Origin: Candidatus Binatia bacterium | Lineage (GTDB): Bacteria; Patescibacteriota; Patescibacteriia; SG8-24 | Direction of reading: 5' to 3' | Length of the DNA: 64,000 bases | NCBI GenBank assembly: GCA_035495855.1 | Contig: DATJFD010000002.1 | Span: forward strand, 13,365-77,364 | Part shown: in pieces, positions 55,604-64,000 of the stretch | Layout: every line of letters starts with the position of its first letter | Position numbering within the stretch: the first letter of the stretch is position 1 | Notes under the pieces: model-generated | The model's database searches: none | Told to the model about the DNA's origin: nothing | Seen by the model: the letters and a program-made list of their open reading frames with translations, nothing else | Program-made: the position numbers and the translations under genes

Positions 55604-56877
55604 GTATGCGCAAGATGCTGGAAAATAAGCTGGCGAGGTTCGCCAAGGCGGTCCTGCGGCGCGAGAAGCCGCAGATCGTCGCCGTGACCGGTTCGGTCGG
55701 CAAGAGCTCGGCCAAGGAGGCCATCGCCGTGGTGCTGGCCAAGCGGTTCCGCGTGCGCGCGAGCGCGAAGAACTACAACACCGAGATCGGGCTGCCGCTC
55801 GCCATCCTCGACCTGCCGAGCGGCGACCGCTCGGGCCTCAAGTGGCTCGGCATCCTCTGGAAGGCCTGGGGCCGCGCGATGACCAAGAACGACGACTATC
55901 CGAAGGTCCTCGTGCTCGAGATGGCGCTGCAGCATCCTGCCGACATCGCCAAGCTCTGCGACATCGCGCCGCCGGACGTCGCCGTGGTCACCGCCATCGG
56001 CGAGAGCCACCTCGAGTTCATGGGCACGAAGGACGCCATCATCAAAGAGAAGCGCATCGTCGTCGAGCGGCTGCCGAAGGAAGGCGTGGCCGTGCTGAAC
56101 CGCGACGACGAGAACGTCTGGGCGATGCGCATGAAGACGAAGGCGAGGGTGCTGTCGTACGGCTTCCATGAGGAGGCCGACGTGCGCGCGCTGCCCGAGT
56201 CGATCACCTACGCCTGCTCGCCGGACCGCGAATGCGGGATGCATTTCAAGCTGACTGCGGGCGGCGCGACCGTCCCGGTCTTCCTGCCGCACGTGCTCGG
56301 CAAGCACGGCATCTACGCCGCGCTCGCCGCCGCCGCCGTCGGCACCGCCAAGGACATGAACCTCGTGGAGGTCTCGGACGGCCTCGGCCTGTACTCGCCG
56401 CCGCCGGGCCGCCTCCGCTACGTCGCCGGCATCAAGCACACCGTCATCATCGACGATTCGTACAATTCCGCGCCGACCTCCGCGCTCGCCGCGCTCGAGG
56501 TGCTCCGCGACATCCCGATGCCGGACACCGTGAAGCGCATCGCCGTGCTGGGCGACATGCTCGAGCTCGGATCGGACTCCGAGGACGGCCATCGCCGCGT
56601 CGGCATCAAGGCCGCGCACAGCGCCGACGTGCTGGTGTTCGTGGGCGAGCGCATGCGCGACGCCATGAAGGCCGCGGCCGGAGAGGGGGCGGGGGAGGAG
56701 CGCTCGTTCTGGTTCGCGACGCCCGAGGAGGCCGGCCGCTTCGTACAGGAGCGCATGAAGATGGGCGATTACATCCTGGTGAAAGGCTCGCGCGGCATGC
56801 GCATGGAGAAGGTCGTGAAGGAGATCATGGCCGAACCGCTCGACGCGGACAGGCTGCTCGTGAGCCACGTCGAATGA
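55600..56877 (+). CDS. murF: UDP-N-acetylmuramoyl-tripeptide--D-alanyl-D-alanine ligase
   Basis: VTGSVGKSS P-loop and Mur ligase middle and C-terminal patterns. Overlaps the PBP stop. Confidence 0.85.
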   Translation: MSMRKMLENKLARFAKAVLRREKPQIVAVTGSVGKSSAKEAIAVVLAKRFRVRASAKNYNTEIGLPLAILDLPSGDRSGLKWLGILWKAWGRAMTKNDDYPKVLVLEMALQHPADIAKLCDIAPPDVAVVTAIGESHLEFMGTKDAIIKEKRIVVERLPKEGVAVLNRDDENVWAMRMKTKARVLSYGFHEEADVRALPESITYACSPDRECGMHFKLTAGGATVPVFLPHVLGKHGIYAALAAAAVGTAKDMNLVEVSDGLGLYSPPPGRLRYVAGIKHTVIIDDSYNSAPTSALAALEVLRDIPMPDTVKRIAVLGDMLELGSDSEDGHRRVGIKAAHSADVLVFVGERMRDAMKAAAGEGAGEERSFWFATPEEAGRFVQERMKMGDYILVKGSRGMRMEKVVKEIMAEPLDADRLLVSHVE

Positions 56878-57410
56878 ACTTGAAACGCTCCATCTTGGCC
56901 GTCGCGCCGCTCGCCGCCCTGCTCTTCCTGGGCGTCGGTTGCAACGAGCTTTGGGACAAGTACGTGCTGGGAGAGGACAGCGAACAGCGCCGCATCGATT
57001 CCGACAGGCAATACAGCGCCTTCTTGGACAGGGAAGCGGCGGAGAAGGCCGCCAAGGAGCGGGAGGCGCAGCAGAAGCTCGACGCGGCCAGGCGCGCGCC
57101 GACGCAGACCTACTTGAACCTCGCCAAGAAGCTCCCGGCCGAGATCCGCGCCATGGCGCCCATCGTCGTGCCGATGCTCACCTATGACGGCCAGAAGTTC
57201 CCGTTCCCCGAGGACCAGTTCACGAAGTCGCAACCCGACCACTGTGCGCAGGTGCATTATCACGGCGGCGTCGGTTTCTCGATGGAGTTCAAGAAAGTGC
57301 GCCAGCCGGACGACCCCTGCGGCTTCGGCAGCGACGTGAAGGACGAGGAAGTCGACACTGAGGCGATCATCCGCTGGATGCAGGAGGGCCCGAAGGCGCT
57401 GCATCTCTGA
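56874..57410 (+). CDS. putative lipoprotein
   Basis: Its ATGA overlaps the murF stop. The signal segment ends LLFLGVGC. Confidence 0.6.
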   Translation: MNLKRSILAVAPLAALLFLGVGCNELWDKYVLGEDSEQRRIDSDRQYSAFLDREAAEKAAKEREAQQKLDAARRAPTQTYLNLAKKLPAEIRAMAPIVVPMLTYDGQKFPFPEDQFTKSQPDHCAQVHYHGGVGFSMEFKKVRQPDDPCGFGSDVKDEEVDTEAIIRWMQEGPKALHL

Positions 57411-57454
57411 CGATGAGCATCGCAAAAGAACCGCCTTTGAGGCGGTTCTTTTGA

Positions 57455-57532
57455 TGGTAGTCCCAAGGGGATTCGAACCCCTGTTTTCTCCGTGAGAGGG
57501 AGACGTCCTGGACCGGGCTAGACGATGGGACC
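57455..57532 (-). tRNA. tRNA-Glu (anticodon CTC), CCA encoded
   Basis: Manual cloverleaf: GGTCCCA acceptor, anticodon loop CTCTCAC, T-loop TTCGAAT. 78 nt. Confidence 0.85.
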
Positions 57533-57667
57533 CCGTGGCGCGGACGCGGTCGCGTCCGATTTGCGATTGCCACTGTAACAAAACGTTCCCGGCTTGTCGA
57601 GCCCCGCGCCGGCCCGCGACGCACCCTTGACCTTCCGCCTTATTCCTGCTAAGGTCCGGCGTTCGTC

Positions 57668-58117
57668 ATGAACAAGGAGGGCGAGATGCCCGAAACACCC
57701 GTCGTACCTTTCCTGCCGAGATCGGCCCTGTTCATCCGCGGGATGGCGGCGCAACGCCCGTCGCTCGCGGTGCTCATCGCCTTCGCCGAGAAGGATTCGC
57801 CGGTGCCGCCGCACAGGCGGCACGCCATCATCGAGAAGCTCTTGCGGAGCCTGCCCGCGCTCCCGCCCCCGATGGGGGCGGACGCCCGGACGGCGCTCGA
57901 AGCCCTGACGCCGGAAGGCGTCGACGCGCTCGAGAAGGACCAGCGCGGCAGCGGGGTCGTCACGCTCCGCAAGGCTTGGGAGCCGGTCATCGCGAGCCTC
58001 GACGACGAGGCCGACCGCGCTTTCGCGCACCGTTGCGGGACGCTCCTCGTCGAGCTGTTCCGCCGCCGGGTCAACCTGCCCGGCCGTAAGTCCGCCGTCT
58101 TCCGCAAGAACGCCTGA
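57668..58117 (+). CDS. hypothetical protein
   Basis: A TTGACC - 17 nt - TAAGGT promoter-like sequence lies upstream. 149 aa. Confidence 0.45.
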   Translation: MNKEGEMPETPVVPFLPRSALFIRGMAAQRPSLAVLIAFAEKDSPVPPHRRHAIIEKLLRSLPALPPPMGADARTALEALTPEGVDALEKDQRGSGVVTLRKAWEPVIASLDDEADRAFAHRCGTLLVELFRRRVNLPGRKSAVFRKNA

Positions 58118-58146
58118 ACAGGGCGTTTTTTTGCGCCCGGGCACGG

Positions 58147-58175
58147 TTGACAAAATCAGGAATTTATGCTACATT
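58147..58175 (+). promoter_or_regulatory. promoter TTGACA - 17 nt - TACATT (TGc extension)
   Basis: Read directly, upstream of CDS 58203. Confidence 0.55.
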
Positions 58176-58202
58176 GACGCCAATATCAGTCCCAATGTCC
58201 CC

Positions 58203-58907
58203 ATGCCTATGAGCGAACGACCTGACATCGGCCGGATGATCGAAGAGGAACTCGCCAAGAAGGAAGTGCCCAAGACGGGCGAGAAGCCTCTCGAAGTCAC
58301 CGCGGAAGGAGCCATCGTCGAGTCCCAGCGGGACGACGTCGATGACGCTTTCGACGCCATCACCGCCGACAAGGCCCAGGATTCCAAGGACGCGATGAAG
58401 CTCGCGGACCTCGGCGGCGACGCCGCGCGCAGGATCCAGATGGCCTTCGAGAAGGGCGACGCCAAGGCGGTCGACGCCGCCGCGAAAGAGTTCCTCGCCA
58501 AGGCGGAGGGGCTCGGCGCGGACGCGGGCGAGGCCAAGGGCGTGCTGCGCGAACAGCTCAAGGCCTACCACGACACCTACTTCGAGGCCGGCCTCAAGGA
58601 AAAGGCGGCGGAGATCGACGCCTTCAGCCGCTCGCTCGAATCGTCGGCCGAGGTCTCGACCGACGCGGGCAAGGCCTTCCTCGCCAAGCTCGACGCCGGC
58701 GGGTTCGCCTCCATCGAACAGGCCATCAACGCGCTCGACGGCATCAAGACCGAGGCCAAAGGCGCGAACGAGGAGCAGCTGAACGCGGAGTTCAACGTCC
58801 TCTACGCCAAGATCAATGAGAAGTTCCTCGGCAGCAACGAGTCCGGCGAGCACAAGATCGACCTCGGTGACGAGGATATCGACGACGTGCTGAGCGCCCT
58901 CGGCTGA
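58203..58907 (+). CDS. acidic Ala/Glu/Lys-rich helical hypothetical protein
   Basis: Starts at MPMSERPD. No family recognised. Confidence 0.5.
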   Translation: MPMSERPDIGRMIEEELAKKEVPKTGEKPLEVTAEGAIVESQRDDVDDAFDAITADKAQDSKDAMKLADLGGDAARRIQMAFEKGDAKAVDAAAKEFLAKAEGLGADAGEAKGVLREQLKAYHDTYFEAGLKEKAAEIDAFSRSLESSAEVSTDAGKAFLAKLDAGGFASIEQAINALDGIKTEAKGANEEQLNAEFNVLYAKINEKFLGSNESGEHKIDLGDEDIDDVLSALG

Positions 58908-58954
58908 CGGAAAAAGGAACGCCCGCGGCATCCGCGGGCGTTTTGGTACCGGCA

Positions 58955-59938
58955 TCATTGTCCGACGTCGCTGATCGCCTTCGACCGCGCCGAGCAGGAA
59001 GCCGCGTCCTTCGCCGGCAGGCCGTCGCCCGGCCACGGGCGCGCTTTCTTCGTCGCCGCGAAAAGCCACCGCGCACCGGCCAGGCACCCGATCCGGTCGT
59101 CGGCGCGGAGCCTCGCGCACTCGCGGTCGATCGCGACCATGTCGTAGCGGCCGAGCTCGGCGGTCGCGCGGCCGAAGCCGAGCAGGCAGCTCTCCTTGAG
59201 CGCGGGGTCGGCGAGCGCCGCGCAGCGGTCCATCGCGGCCGCGCTGCCGAGGTCCGCGCGCAGCATCCAGAAGTACGGCTGCTCGAAATAGCAGGCCGCG
59301 CGGTACGGCGGCGCCACCGAGGTGCATGGCTGGTCGAGGTCCTTGCGGTCCACGAGCGAAGGGTCGTCGGCCGCCGCGTTGCTGTAGTCCATGAATGCGC
59401 CCTGCGCGCAGCCGAGCAGTCCCGGCCGCTGGATGGAGGCGCAGCGGTCGAGCGCCGAGCCGAGGTCCTTGGGGCCGAAGAATTCCACGAGCCCGTGGCC
59501 GATGCCGTGGCGGCAGCCGGTGTCGTCGTCGCCGTGCGCCGCCTTGCAGGCCGCGTCGATCTTCGGCAGCGCGTCGAGACCTTCGGTCACGAGCGCGCGG
59601 ACGATCAGGCCGTGGTAGCAGCCGAAGGTCATCGCATTGTCGCAGTATCGGATGGCCGCGATGCCTTCTTTCTTATATGCGAGCTCGCCGAAGATGTGGG
59701 CGTCGCCATGGAGCGCCTGATCGTCCTTCCTTTCGTTCTTGAGGTCCGCGTACGTCCGCTCCAGGCCGTCGTGCTCGATGCGGGAGAGGATGTCGGTCCT
59801 GATGCGGTCCGCGTCGGCGATGGCGCGACGTTCCGCCCCGGGAGGATGCCTGGGCAGCGCGGTCGCGAACGCGACGGCGCCGAGCGCGACGACGGCCGCG
59901 ACCGCAGGGATGACGACGTTGACGGGGATCTTCTTCAT
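58955..59938 (-). CDS. membrane-anchored Cys-rich hypothetical exported protein
   Basis: N-terminal TM helix and about 16 Cys spread over 327 aa. Confidence 0.6.
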   Translation of the reverse strand: MKKIPVNVVIPAVAAVVALGAVAFATALPRHPPGAERRAIADADRIRTDILSRIEHDGLERTYADLKNERKDDQALHGDAHIFGELAYKKEGIAAIRYCDNAMTFGCYHGLIVRALVTEGLDALPKIDAACKAAHGDDDTGCRHGIGHGLVEFFGPKDLGSALDRCASIQRPGLLGCAQGAFMDYSNAAADDPSLVDRKDLDQPCTSVAPPYRAACYFEQPYFWMLRADLGSAAAMDRCAALADPALKESCLLGFGRATAELGRYDMVAIDRECARLRADDRIGCLAGARWLFAATKKARPWPGDGLPAKDAASCSARSKAISDVGQ

Positions 59939-60070
59939 GCCGTTTCATCCTACATCGGCCGGGGTCGCGAGAACAGGCGCGTTTTGACCCTTCGCCGCCG
60001 CCATGGTGCAGTGGTTTCGTGCACCTTTCGCAACGCCTTTCGGAGCCCGCGAGGGCGAAGAGGGAACCCC

Positions 60071-60397
60071 ATGGGGAACGGCGCCATCCTGCCGGTCATC
60101 GCCCGCGCGGTCCTTCTCGACCGCCGCGAGCGCCAGGAGACCGGCCGCGTCCTCTACGCCTTCCTCATCCTCGAGAAGGCGAGCGGATGCATCCGCGAAC
60201 GGCCGGCGGCTATGCGCACGTTGCGCGAGCTCCTGGCCTTCGTCATCGCTTACCGCAGGGCCAACCCGGGCCTGCCGCGCGTGAAGTTCGACCCGCCGGG
60301 CGAGGTCGACCGCGACGCGGGCAAGTTCCCGCGGCGCTACGAGGCGCTGGAGCTCTCGGAACTGTTCTTCGCCTCTTCGATGCTCGGCCAATCTTGA
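60071..60397 (+). CDS. hypothetical protein (weak call)
   Basis: Last 108 codons of the otherwise antisense ORF 58943..60397, followed by a terminator at about 60398-60425. Confidence 0.3.
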   Translation: MGNGAILPVIARAVLLDRRERQETGRVLYAFLILEKASGCIRERPAAMRTLRELLAFVIAYRRANPGLPRVKFDPPGEVDRDAGKFPRRYEALELSELFFASSMLGQS

Positions 60398-60436
60398 ACC
60401 CCGCCTTCGCCGCGGGGATTTTTTCTGGAACGAAAT

Positions 60437-60590
60437 CGTCACCCCGCAGTGATGCGGGGTCTAGAAAAAAAGAAATGTCGCCCTGAACTCGTTTCAGGGT
60501 CCAGAATTCTTTCACCGTTCTGGATCCCGGGTCGCGGCCCGGGATGACACTTTTTACTTGTCACCCCGGCCCCCGAGCCGGGTCTCCCGC
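60437..60590. repeat. REP/BIME-like hairpin cluster 3 (4 units, one inverted)
   Basis: Same unit design as clusters 1 and 2. Confidence 0.75.
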
Positions 60591-60679
60591 CGTGGCGGGA
60601 CCCCGCCCTCTTTGATGAAAGAAAAGTGGCGGGGCAGAAAAAATTGTTCGCCCCGGTCGCCCTCTGCTATCATCGACCC

Positions 60680-61195
60680 ATGGCCAATGAAGAGCAGGCG
60701 GGCATCCACAAGCACGTGCTCAAGCCGACGCGGAAGTTCATCGACGACTTCCGGCAGTTCGCCGTGCGCGGCAACGCCTTCGACCTCGCGGTCGGCGTGG
60801 TCATCGGCGCCGCCTTCGGCAAGATCATCACCTCGTTCGTCACGGACATCATCACGCCGCCCATCTCGCTGCTCATGGGCCGCGCGAACTTCACGGACAT
60901 GTTCGCGGTCCTGTCCGGCGGCAGCTTCGCGACGCTCGATGAAGCGAAGAAAGCGGGCGCCATCACGGTGAACTACGGCGTGTTCATCAGCACGCTGTTC
61001 GATTTCGTCCTCGTTTCGTTCGTCATCTTCCTGCTCGTCCGCGCGCTCTCGCGCATGCGCCGCGAAGACCCGCCGCCGTCGGACATGAAGGACTGCCCGT
61101 TCTGCCTCACGCCCGTGAAGAAGGCCGCGACTCGCTGCGCGTTCTGCACGAGCGACCTGGCGCCGAAAGAACAAAGGACAGAGGTCAGAGGTTAG
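60680..61195 (+). CDS. mscL: large-conductance mechanosensitive channel MscL with C-terminal CxxC...CxxC zinc-ribbon-like tail
   Basis: FRQFAVRGNAFDLAVGVVIGAAFGKII is the MscL signature. The tail reads CPFCLTPVKKAATRCAFCTS. A TGCTATCAT box lies 6 nt upstream of the ATG. Confidence 0.85.
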   Translation: MANEEQAGIHKHVLKPTRKFIDDFRQFAVRGNAFDLAVGVVIGAAFGKIITSFVTDIITPPISLLMGRANFTDMFAVLSGGSFATLDEAKKAGAITVNYGVFISTLFDFVLVSFVIFLLVRALSRMRREDPPPSDMKDCPFCLTPVKKAATRCAFCTSDLAPKEQRTEVRG

Positions 61196-61295
61196 AGGAA
61201 ACAGATCTGATAAAACCGCGCTGCCCAAGCAGCGCGGTTTTTGAAAGATACGCATCCTCTAAACTCTGTCCTTTGTCCTCTGCCCTTTGATCTCT
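61166..61295. repeat. nested palindrome with terminator core variant; the left arm encodes the last 9 codons of mscL
   Basis: AAAGAACAAAGGACAGAGGTCAGAGGTTAGAGGAA .. AAAACCGCGCTGCCCAAGCAGCGCGGTTTTT .. ATCCTCTAAACTCTGTCCTTTGTCCTCTGCCC. Confidence 0.75.
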
Positions 61296-61389
61296 AGTTA
61301 TCCCCATCCCCATCTTGCTCGCCATGCGCGCCCGGTCTATGCTTTTGGCCGTTCGCGGATGCGCCCCGGCGCATTCTCGCTTTTATTCT

Positions 61390-61674
61390 ATGCCGCATTG
61401 GTACGTGTACGTCGTCCGCTGCTCCGACGGCTCGCTCTACACCGGAGCGACCACGGACGTCGAACGCGAGATGAAGACGATGAACGGCGGGGGAGGGAGC
61501 GTCTACGTGCGCGCCCGCGCCCCGGTCTTCTTGGCGTACACGGAGGAGTACATGAACGAGCATGACGCCCTGAAACGCGCTGCGTCCGTGAAACGCCTCG
61601 GCCGCGTGGGCAAAGAGCGGCTGCTCGTCGCGCCCGGTTTCGGCGCCATCGGCGACCTCGGCCTGGCGACGTGA
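61390..61674 (+). CDS. GIY-YIG nuclease superfamily small protein
   Basis: WYVYVVRCSDGSLYTGATTDVEREM... is a typical GIY-YIG N-terminus. Confidence 0.7.
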   Translation: MPHWYVYVVRCSDGSLYTGATTDVEREMKTMNGGGGSVYVRARAPVFLAYTEEYMNEHDALKRAASVKRLGRVGKERLLVAPGFGAIGDLGLAT

Positions 61675-61675
61675 T

Positions 61676-61751
61676 CGAAAGAGAAAAGCAAAAAGGGAAA
61701 AGCTTAGAGGAAGGCCCATCCTCTGAGCTTTTTTCTTTTCTCTTTTCCCTT
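61676..61751. repeat. heptamer-word palindrome (AAAAGGG words) with a CTTAGAGGA/TCCTCTGAG centre
   Basis: GAAAGAGAAAAGCAAAAAGGGAAAAGCTTAGAGGAAGGCCCATCCTCTGAGCTTTTTTCTTTTCTCTTTTCCC. Confidence 0.7.
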
Positions 61752-61820
61752 TATTGAAGGTTCCCCGGCGTCAGAGTATACTCTCAGAAAGATGCGGATG
61801 ACGCGTCTTTTCATGGTTTT

Positions 61821-62480
61821 ATGGCCTGGCTGCGGAAGGAGAAGGTCAACAACGTCGTCCTCACGATGGTCTACGCCGACTTCCTCCTGGTCTCGGCGAC
61901 CGGTTTCCTTTCGCCCATTTCCGCGGTGTACATCACCACGCAGATCGCGGGAGCCTCGCTCTCGACCGTCGGTTTCGTCACCATGCTGTTCTGGGTGGTG
62001 AAGTCCGCGACGCAGATCCCCGTGTCGTCCTACGTCGACGCGCGGCGCGGCGAACGCGACGACTTCCAGTTCATGATCGTCGGCTGCATCATCAGCGCGG
62101 TCGTGCCGCTCCTCTATTATTTCTACGTCCGGGAGACCTGGCAGCTGTTCGCCGTGGAGACGCTCAACGGCGTCGGCTACGCCATGCAGGTCCCGACCTG
62201 GCTCGCCATCTTCACGCGGCACATCGACAAGCACCGCGAGAGCACGGAGTGGACCCTGCACTCGAACGCCATCGGCCTCGGCTTCGCGGCGACCGCGGCG
62301 TTCGGCGGCGTGCTCGCGGACCGGTTCGGCTTCCGGGTGCTGTTCCTCCTGGTGTCCGCCGTCATGTTCATGGGCACGGTCGCGCTGCTGTTCATCAAGG
62401 ACGAGATGCTCGCCTCCGACGGGCGCGAGATCCCGCAGGGTTACGCCATAAACCAAGAGAAGCAGAAGATACGGAGCTGA
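61821..62480 (+). CDS. half-size (about 6 TM) MFS-like membrane protein
   Basis: GGVLADRFGFRVLFLL loop motif and hydrophobic profile. At 219 aa it is much shorter than a 12-TM MFS protein. Confidence 0.45.
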   Translation: MAWLRKEKVNNVVLTMVYADFLLVSATGFLSPISAVYITTQIAGASLSTVGFVTMLFWVVKSATQIPVSSYVDARRGERDDFQFMIVGCIISAVVPLLYYFYVRETWQLFAVETLNGVGYAMQVPTWLAIFTRHIDKHRESTEWTLHSNAIGLGFAATAAFGGVLADRFGFRVLFLLVSAVMFMGTVALLFIKDEMLASDGREIPQGYAINQEKQKIRS

Positions 62481-62489
62481 ACCACGACT

Positions 62490-63191
62490 ATGGGACAATT
62501 CTGGCACGACTACCTTTATAACCCGCTGCTCAACGTCCTGTTCTTCCTGTACTCCGGGCCGGCCTTCGGCAACCTCGGTGTCGCGGTCATCGAGTTGACC
62601 GTGCTGCTTCGCCTCGCGCTCCTGCCGTTCACCATCCTCGAGGAACGCAGCCGCTTCCGCTACGAGAAGCTCAACAAGAAGATCGAGGCCATCGAGCGCG
62701 ACTTCAAGACGGACCACGTGAAGCGCGCCGAGCGCATCCGCGAGCTGCTGAAGGAGCACAAGGTCAGTTACTGGTCGAAGGTCGTCGTTCTCGGCGTGCA
62801 GCTGCTCGTCCTCGTCCTGCTCTACCAGGTCTTCATCGGCGGCATCCGCTTCACCCGCTACGAAGTGCTCTATCCTTGGGTCTCGGCGCCGCAGCAGCCG
62901 GTCAACACGACCTTCCTCGGCTTCGACCTGGCCTCGCACAGCCTGCTGTGGGCCGGCATCGTCGCGGTGCTGCTCTTCCTCCAGATCTACACGGTGCAGA
63001 AGCAGCGCGAGCACCTCATCCGCCGCTCCGACGTGATGTACTTGTTCGTCTTCCCGATCTTCACGCTCGTCATCCTGCTCATGCTGCCGATGGTGAAGTC
63101 GCTCTTCGTGCTCACCTCGATGCTGTTCTCGATGTTCATCTTCGGAGCGCGCAAGGCCCTCTTCAAGGTCCCGATGCCGGACGCGGACTAG
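62490..63191 (+). CDS. yidC: membrane protein insertase YidC/Oxa1 family (short form)
   Basis: GVAVIELTVLLRLALLPFT and the downstream basic loop and TM pattern. Confidence 0.8.
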   Translation: MGQFWHDYLYNPLLNVLFFLYSGPAFGNLGVAVIELTVLLRLALLPFTILEERSRFRYEKLNKKIEAIERDFKTDHVKRAERIRELLKEHKVSYWSKVVVLGVQLLVLVLLYQVFIGGIRFTRYEVLYPWVSAPQQPVNTTFLGFDLASHSLLWAGIVAVLLFLQIYTVQKQREHLIRRSDVMYLFVFPIFTLVILLMLPMVKSLFVLTSMLFSMFIFGARKALFKVPMPDAD

Positions 63192-63272
63192 CCTTAAAGC
63201 CGTTTTTCCGCTACGATGCCGGAGGTAAGCGCATCCTCCGGCTTTTTTGGCTGAGGTTCGCGCAAGGAACGT

Positions 63273-63881
63273 ATGAGCGACAGCCTGGACAAGATCATGT
63301 ATTCGTTCGTGGTCGAAGACGTCCTCAAGGGACTCTTCATTTACGTTCCGCCGGGCTACGTGGCCTGCGTCTACGACCTCGGCCGCGGCGTGCTCAAGAA
63401 GGTGCTCACCCCGGGCCTCCACCTCAAGATCCCGTTCTGGCAGAAGGCCAAGCTCTTCAACACGCAGACGCTCGAGTACTCGATCAGCCGCCGGTTCAGC
63501 CCGGACAACGACCAGGCGATGGGGGACCATCCGATCGCGGCGACGACCATGGACGGCAAGCGCATCTCGATGGAGGGCACCGTGCTCCTGCGCCTCGACA
63601 TCAACCAGGTGCCGACCATCTGGCAGAACGTCGGCGAGGACTTCGTGTCGAAGATCGTGCGCCCGACCATCCGCAGCCGCATGCGCATGATCGCCTCGCG
63701 CTACAACCACCAGGACATCTGCTCGACGCACCGCGACAAGGTCGAGGTCGAGACCAAGAACGAGCTCGAACGCATCTTCTATCCGCGCGGCATCTTCGTG
63801 GAGAACGTGCTGCTCTCGGACATCAACCACATGAGCGGCTCGGGCTCGGGCTCGCGCGACGAGCATGAGGACGAGGAGTGA
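63273..63881 (+). CDS. SPFH/Band 7 (prohibitin-like) domain protein
   Basis: GLHLKIPFWQKAKLFNTQTLEY... is the SPFH pattern. Acidic C-terminal tail. Confidence 0.7.
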   Translation: MSDSLDKIMYSFVVEDVLKGLFIYVPPGYVACVYDLGRGVLKKVLTPGLHLKIPFWQKAKLFNTQTLEYSISRRFSPDNDQAMGDHPIAATTMDGKRISMEGTVLLRLDINQVPTIWQNVGEDFVSKIVRPTIRSRMRMIASRYNHQDICSTHRDKVEVETKNELERIFYPRGIFVENVLLSDINHMSGSGSGSRDEHEDEE

Positions 63882-64000
63882 AAGTAGAGTACAGAGGACA
63901 GAGGTGAGATGAAGTGACCTTGAAAAAACCGCCCTGCCCAAGCAGGGCGGTTTTGTGATGCCCCTGCCTCTAAACTCTGTCCTCTGTCCTTTGCCCCTCA
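63881..64000. repeat. nested palindrome with conserved terminator core (runs to the window edge)
   Basis: GTAGAGTACAGAGGACAGAGGTGAG .. AAAAAACCGCCCTGCCCAAGCAGGGCGGTTTT .. GCCTCTAAACTCTGTCCTCTGTCCTTTGCCC. Confidence 0.75.

Noticed and set aside
58943-60397. 484-aa plus-strand ORF.
   Set aside because: Most of it is antisense to the better-supported Cys-rich protein 58955..59938. Only the terminal 108 codons were kept, as a low-confidence CDS.
61821-62480. Half-size MFS-like gene considered as a truncated pseudogene.
   Set aside because: I saw no in-frame or frameshifted continuation upstream or downstream, and the ORF has its own start and stop. Kept as a low-confidence CDS, since truncation cannot be shown from this window.
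61704-63941. 745-aa minus-strand ORF, and the similar 21274..23106 (610 aa) and 10447..11436 ORFs.
   Set aside because: They are antisense to the MFS-like, YidC, SPFH, ThrC and PAS genes. Their Arg/His/Asp-rich composition has no motifs.

Overview
GC-rich (about two-thirds G+C by eye, not computed) bacterial chromosomal window, gene-dense on both strands. I call about 75 protein genes, 2 intact tRNAs (Pro-CGG, Glu-CTC) and 2 tRNA-Pro relics. There is no rRNA, CRISPR array, transposase or integrase. All calls come from reading the ORF translations and the DNA by eye; no searches or folding programs were run. Recognisable content includes: (1) a complete aspartate-to-threonine operon (ask-hom-asd-thrB-thrC) behind a Thr-rich leader-peptide attenuator. 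(2) An ATP-cone class II (B12-dependent) ribonucleotide reductase with tandem NrdR boxes, followed by a cob(I)alamin adenosyltransferase. (3) A Znu/Mnt-type metal ABC importer next to an output-less multi-PAS protein. (4) IscU plus a cysteine-less IscU paralog. (5) An envelope redox cluster (VKOR, CcdA, DipZ-like thioredoxin) alongside several Cys-rich exported proteins. (6) PBP2-MurF, YidC, MscL, RarA, HtrA, a CCA-adding enzyme and a lone HMG-CoA reductase. The most unusual signals are non-coding. (a) About 16 intergenic nested palindromes whose arms are degenerate 7-nt words, many wrapped around a near-identical terminator hairpin. (b) GCTCRAA heptamer arrays, some running into coding sequence or abutting start codons. 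(c) A 4-copy structured repeat of about 215 nt with compensatory stem changes, two copies bracketing the ccdA-dipZ segment. (d) Three REP/BIME-like hairpin clusters. (e) A tRNA-Pro locus with one intact copy, one copy split by an 88-nt structured insert and a third degenerate 3' half. (f) Frequent TGnTAnnnT -10 boxes 6-8 nt upstream of ATG, implying leaderless mRNAs. Lineage is not assigned. Many long ORFs in the track are antisense or off-frame GC artefacts and were rejected.
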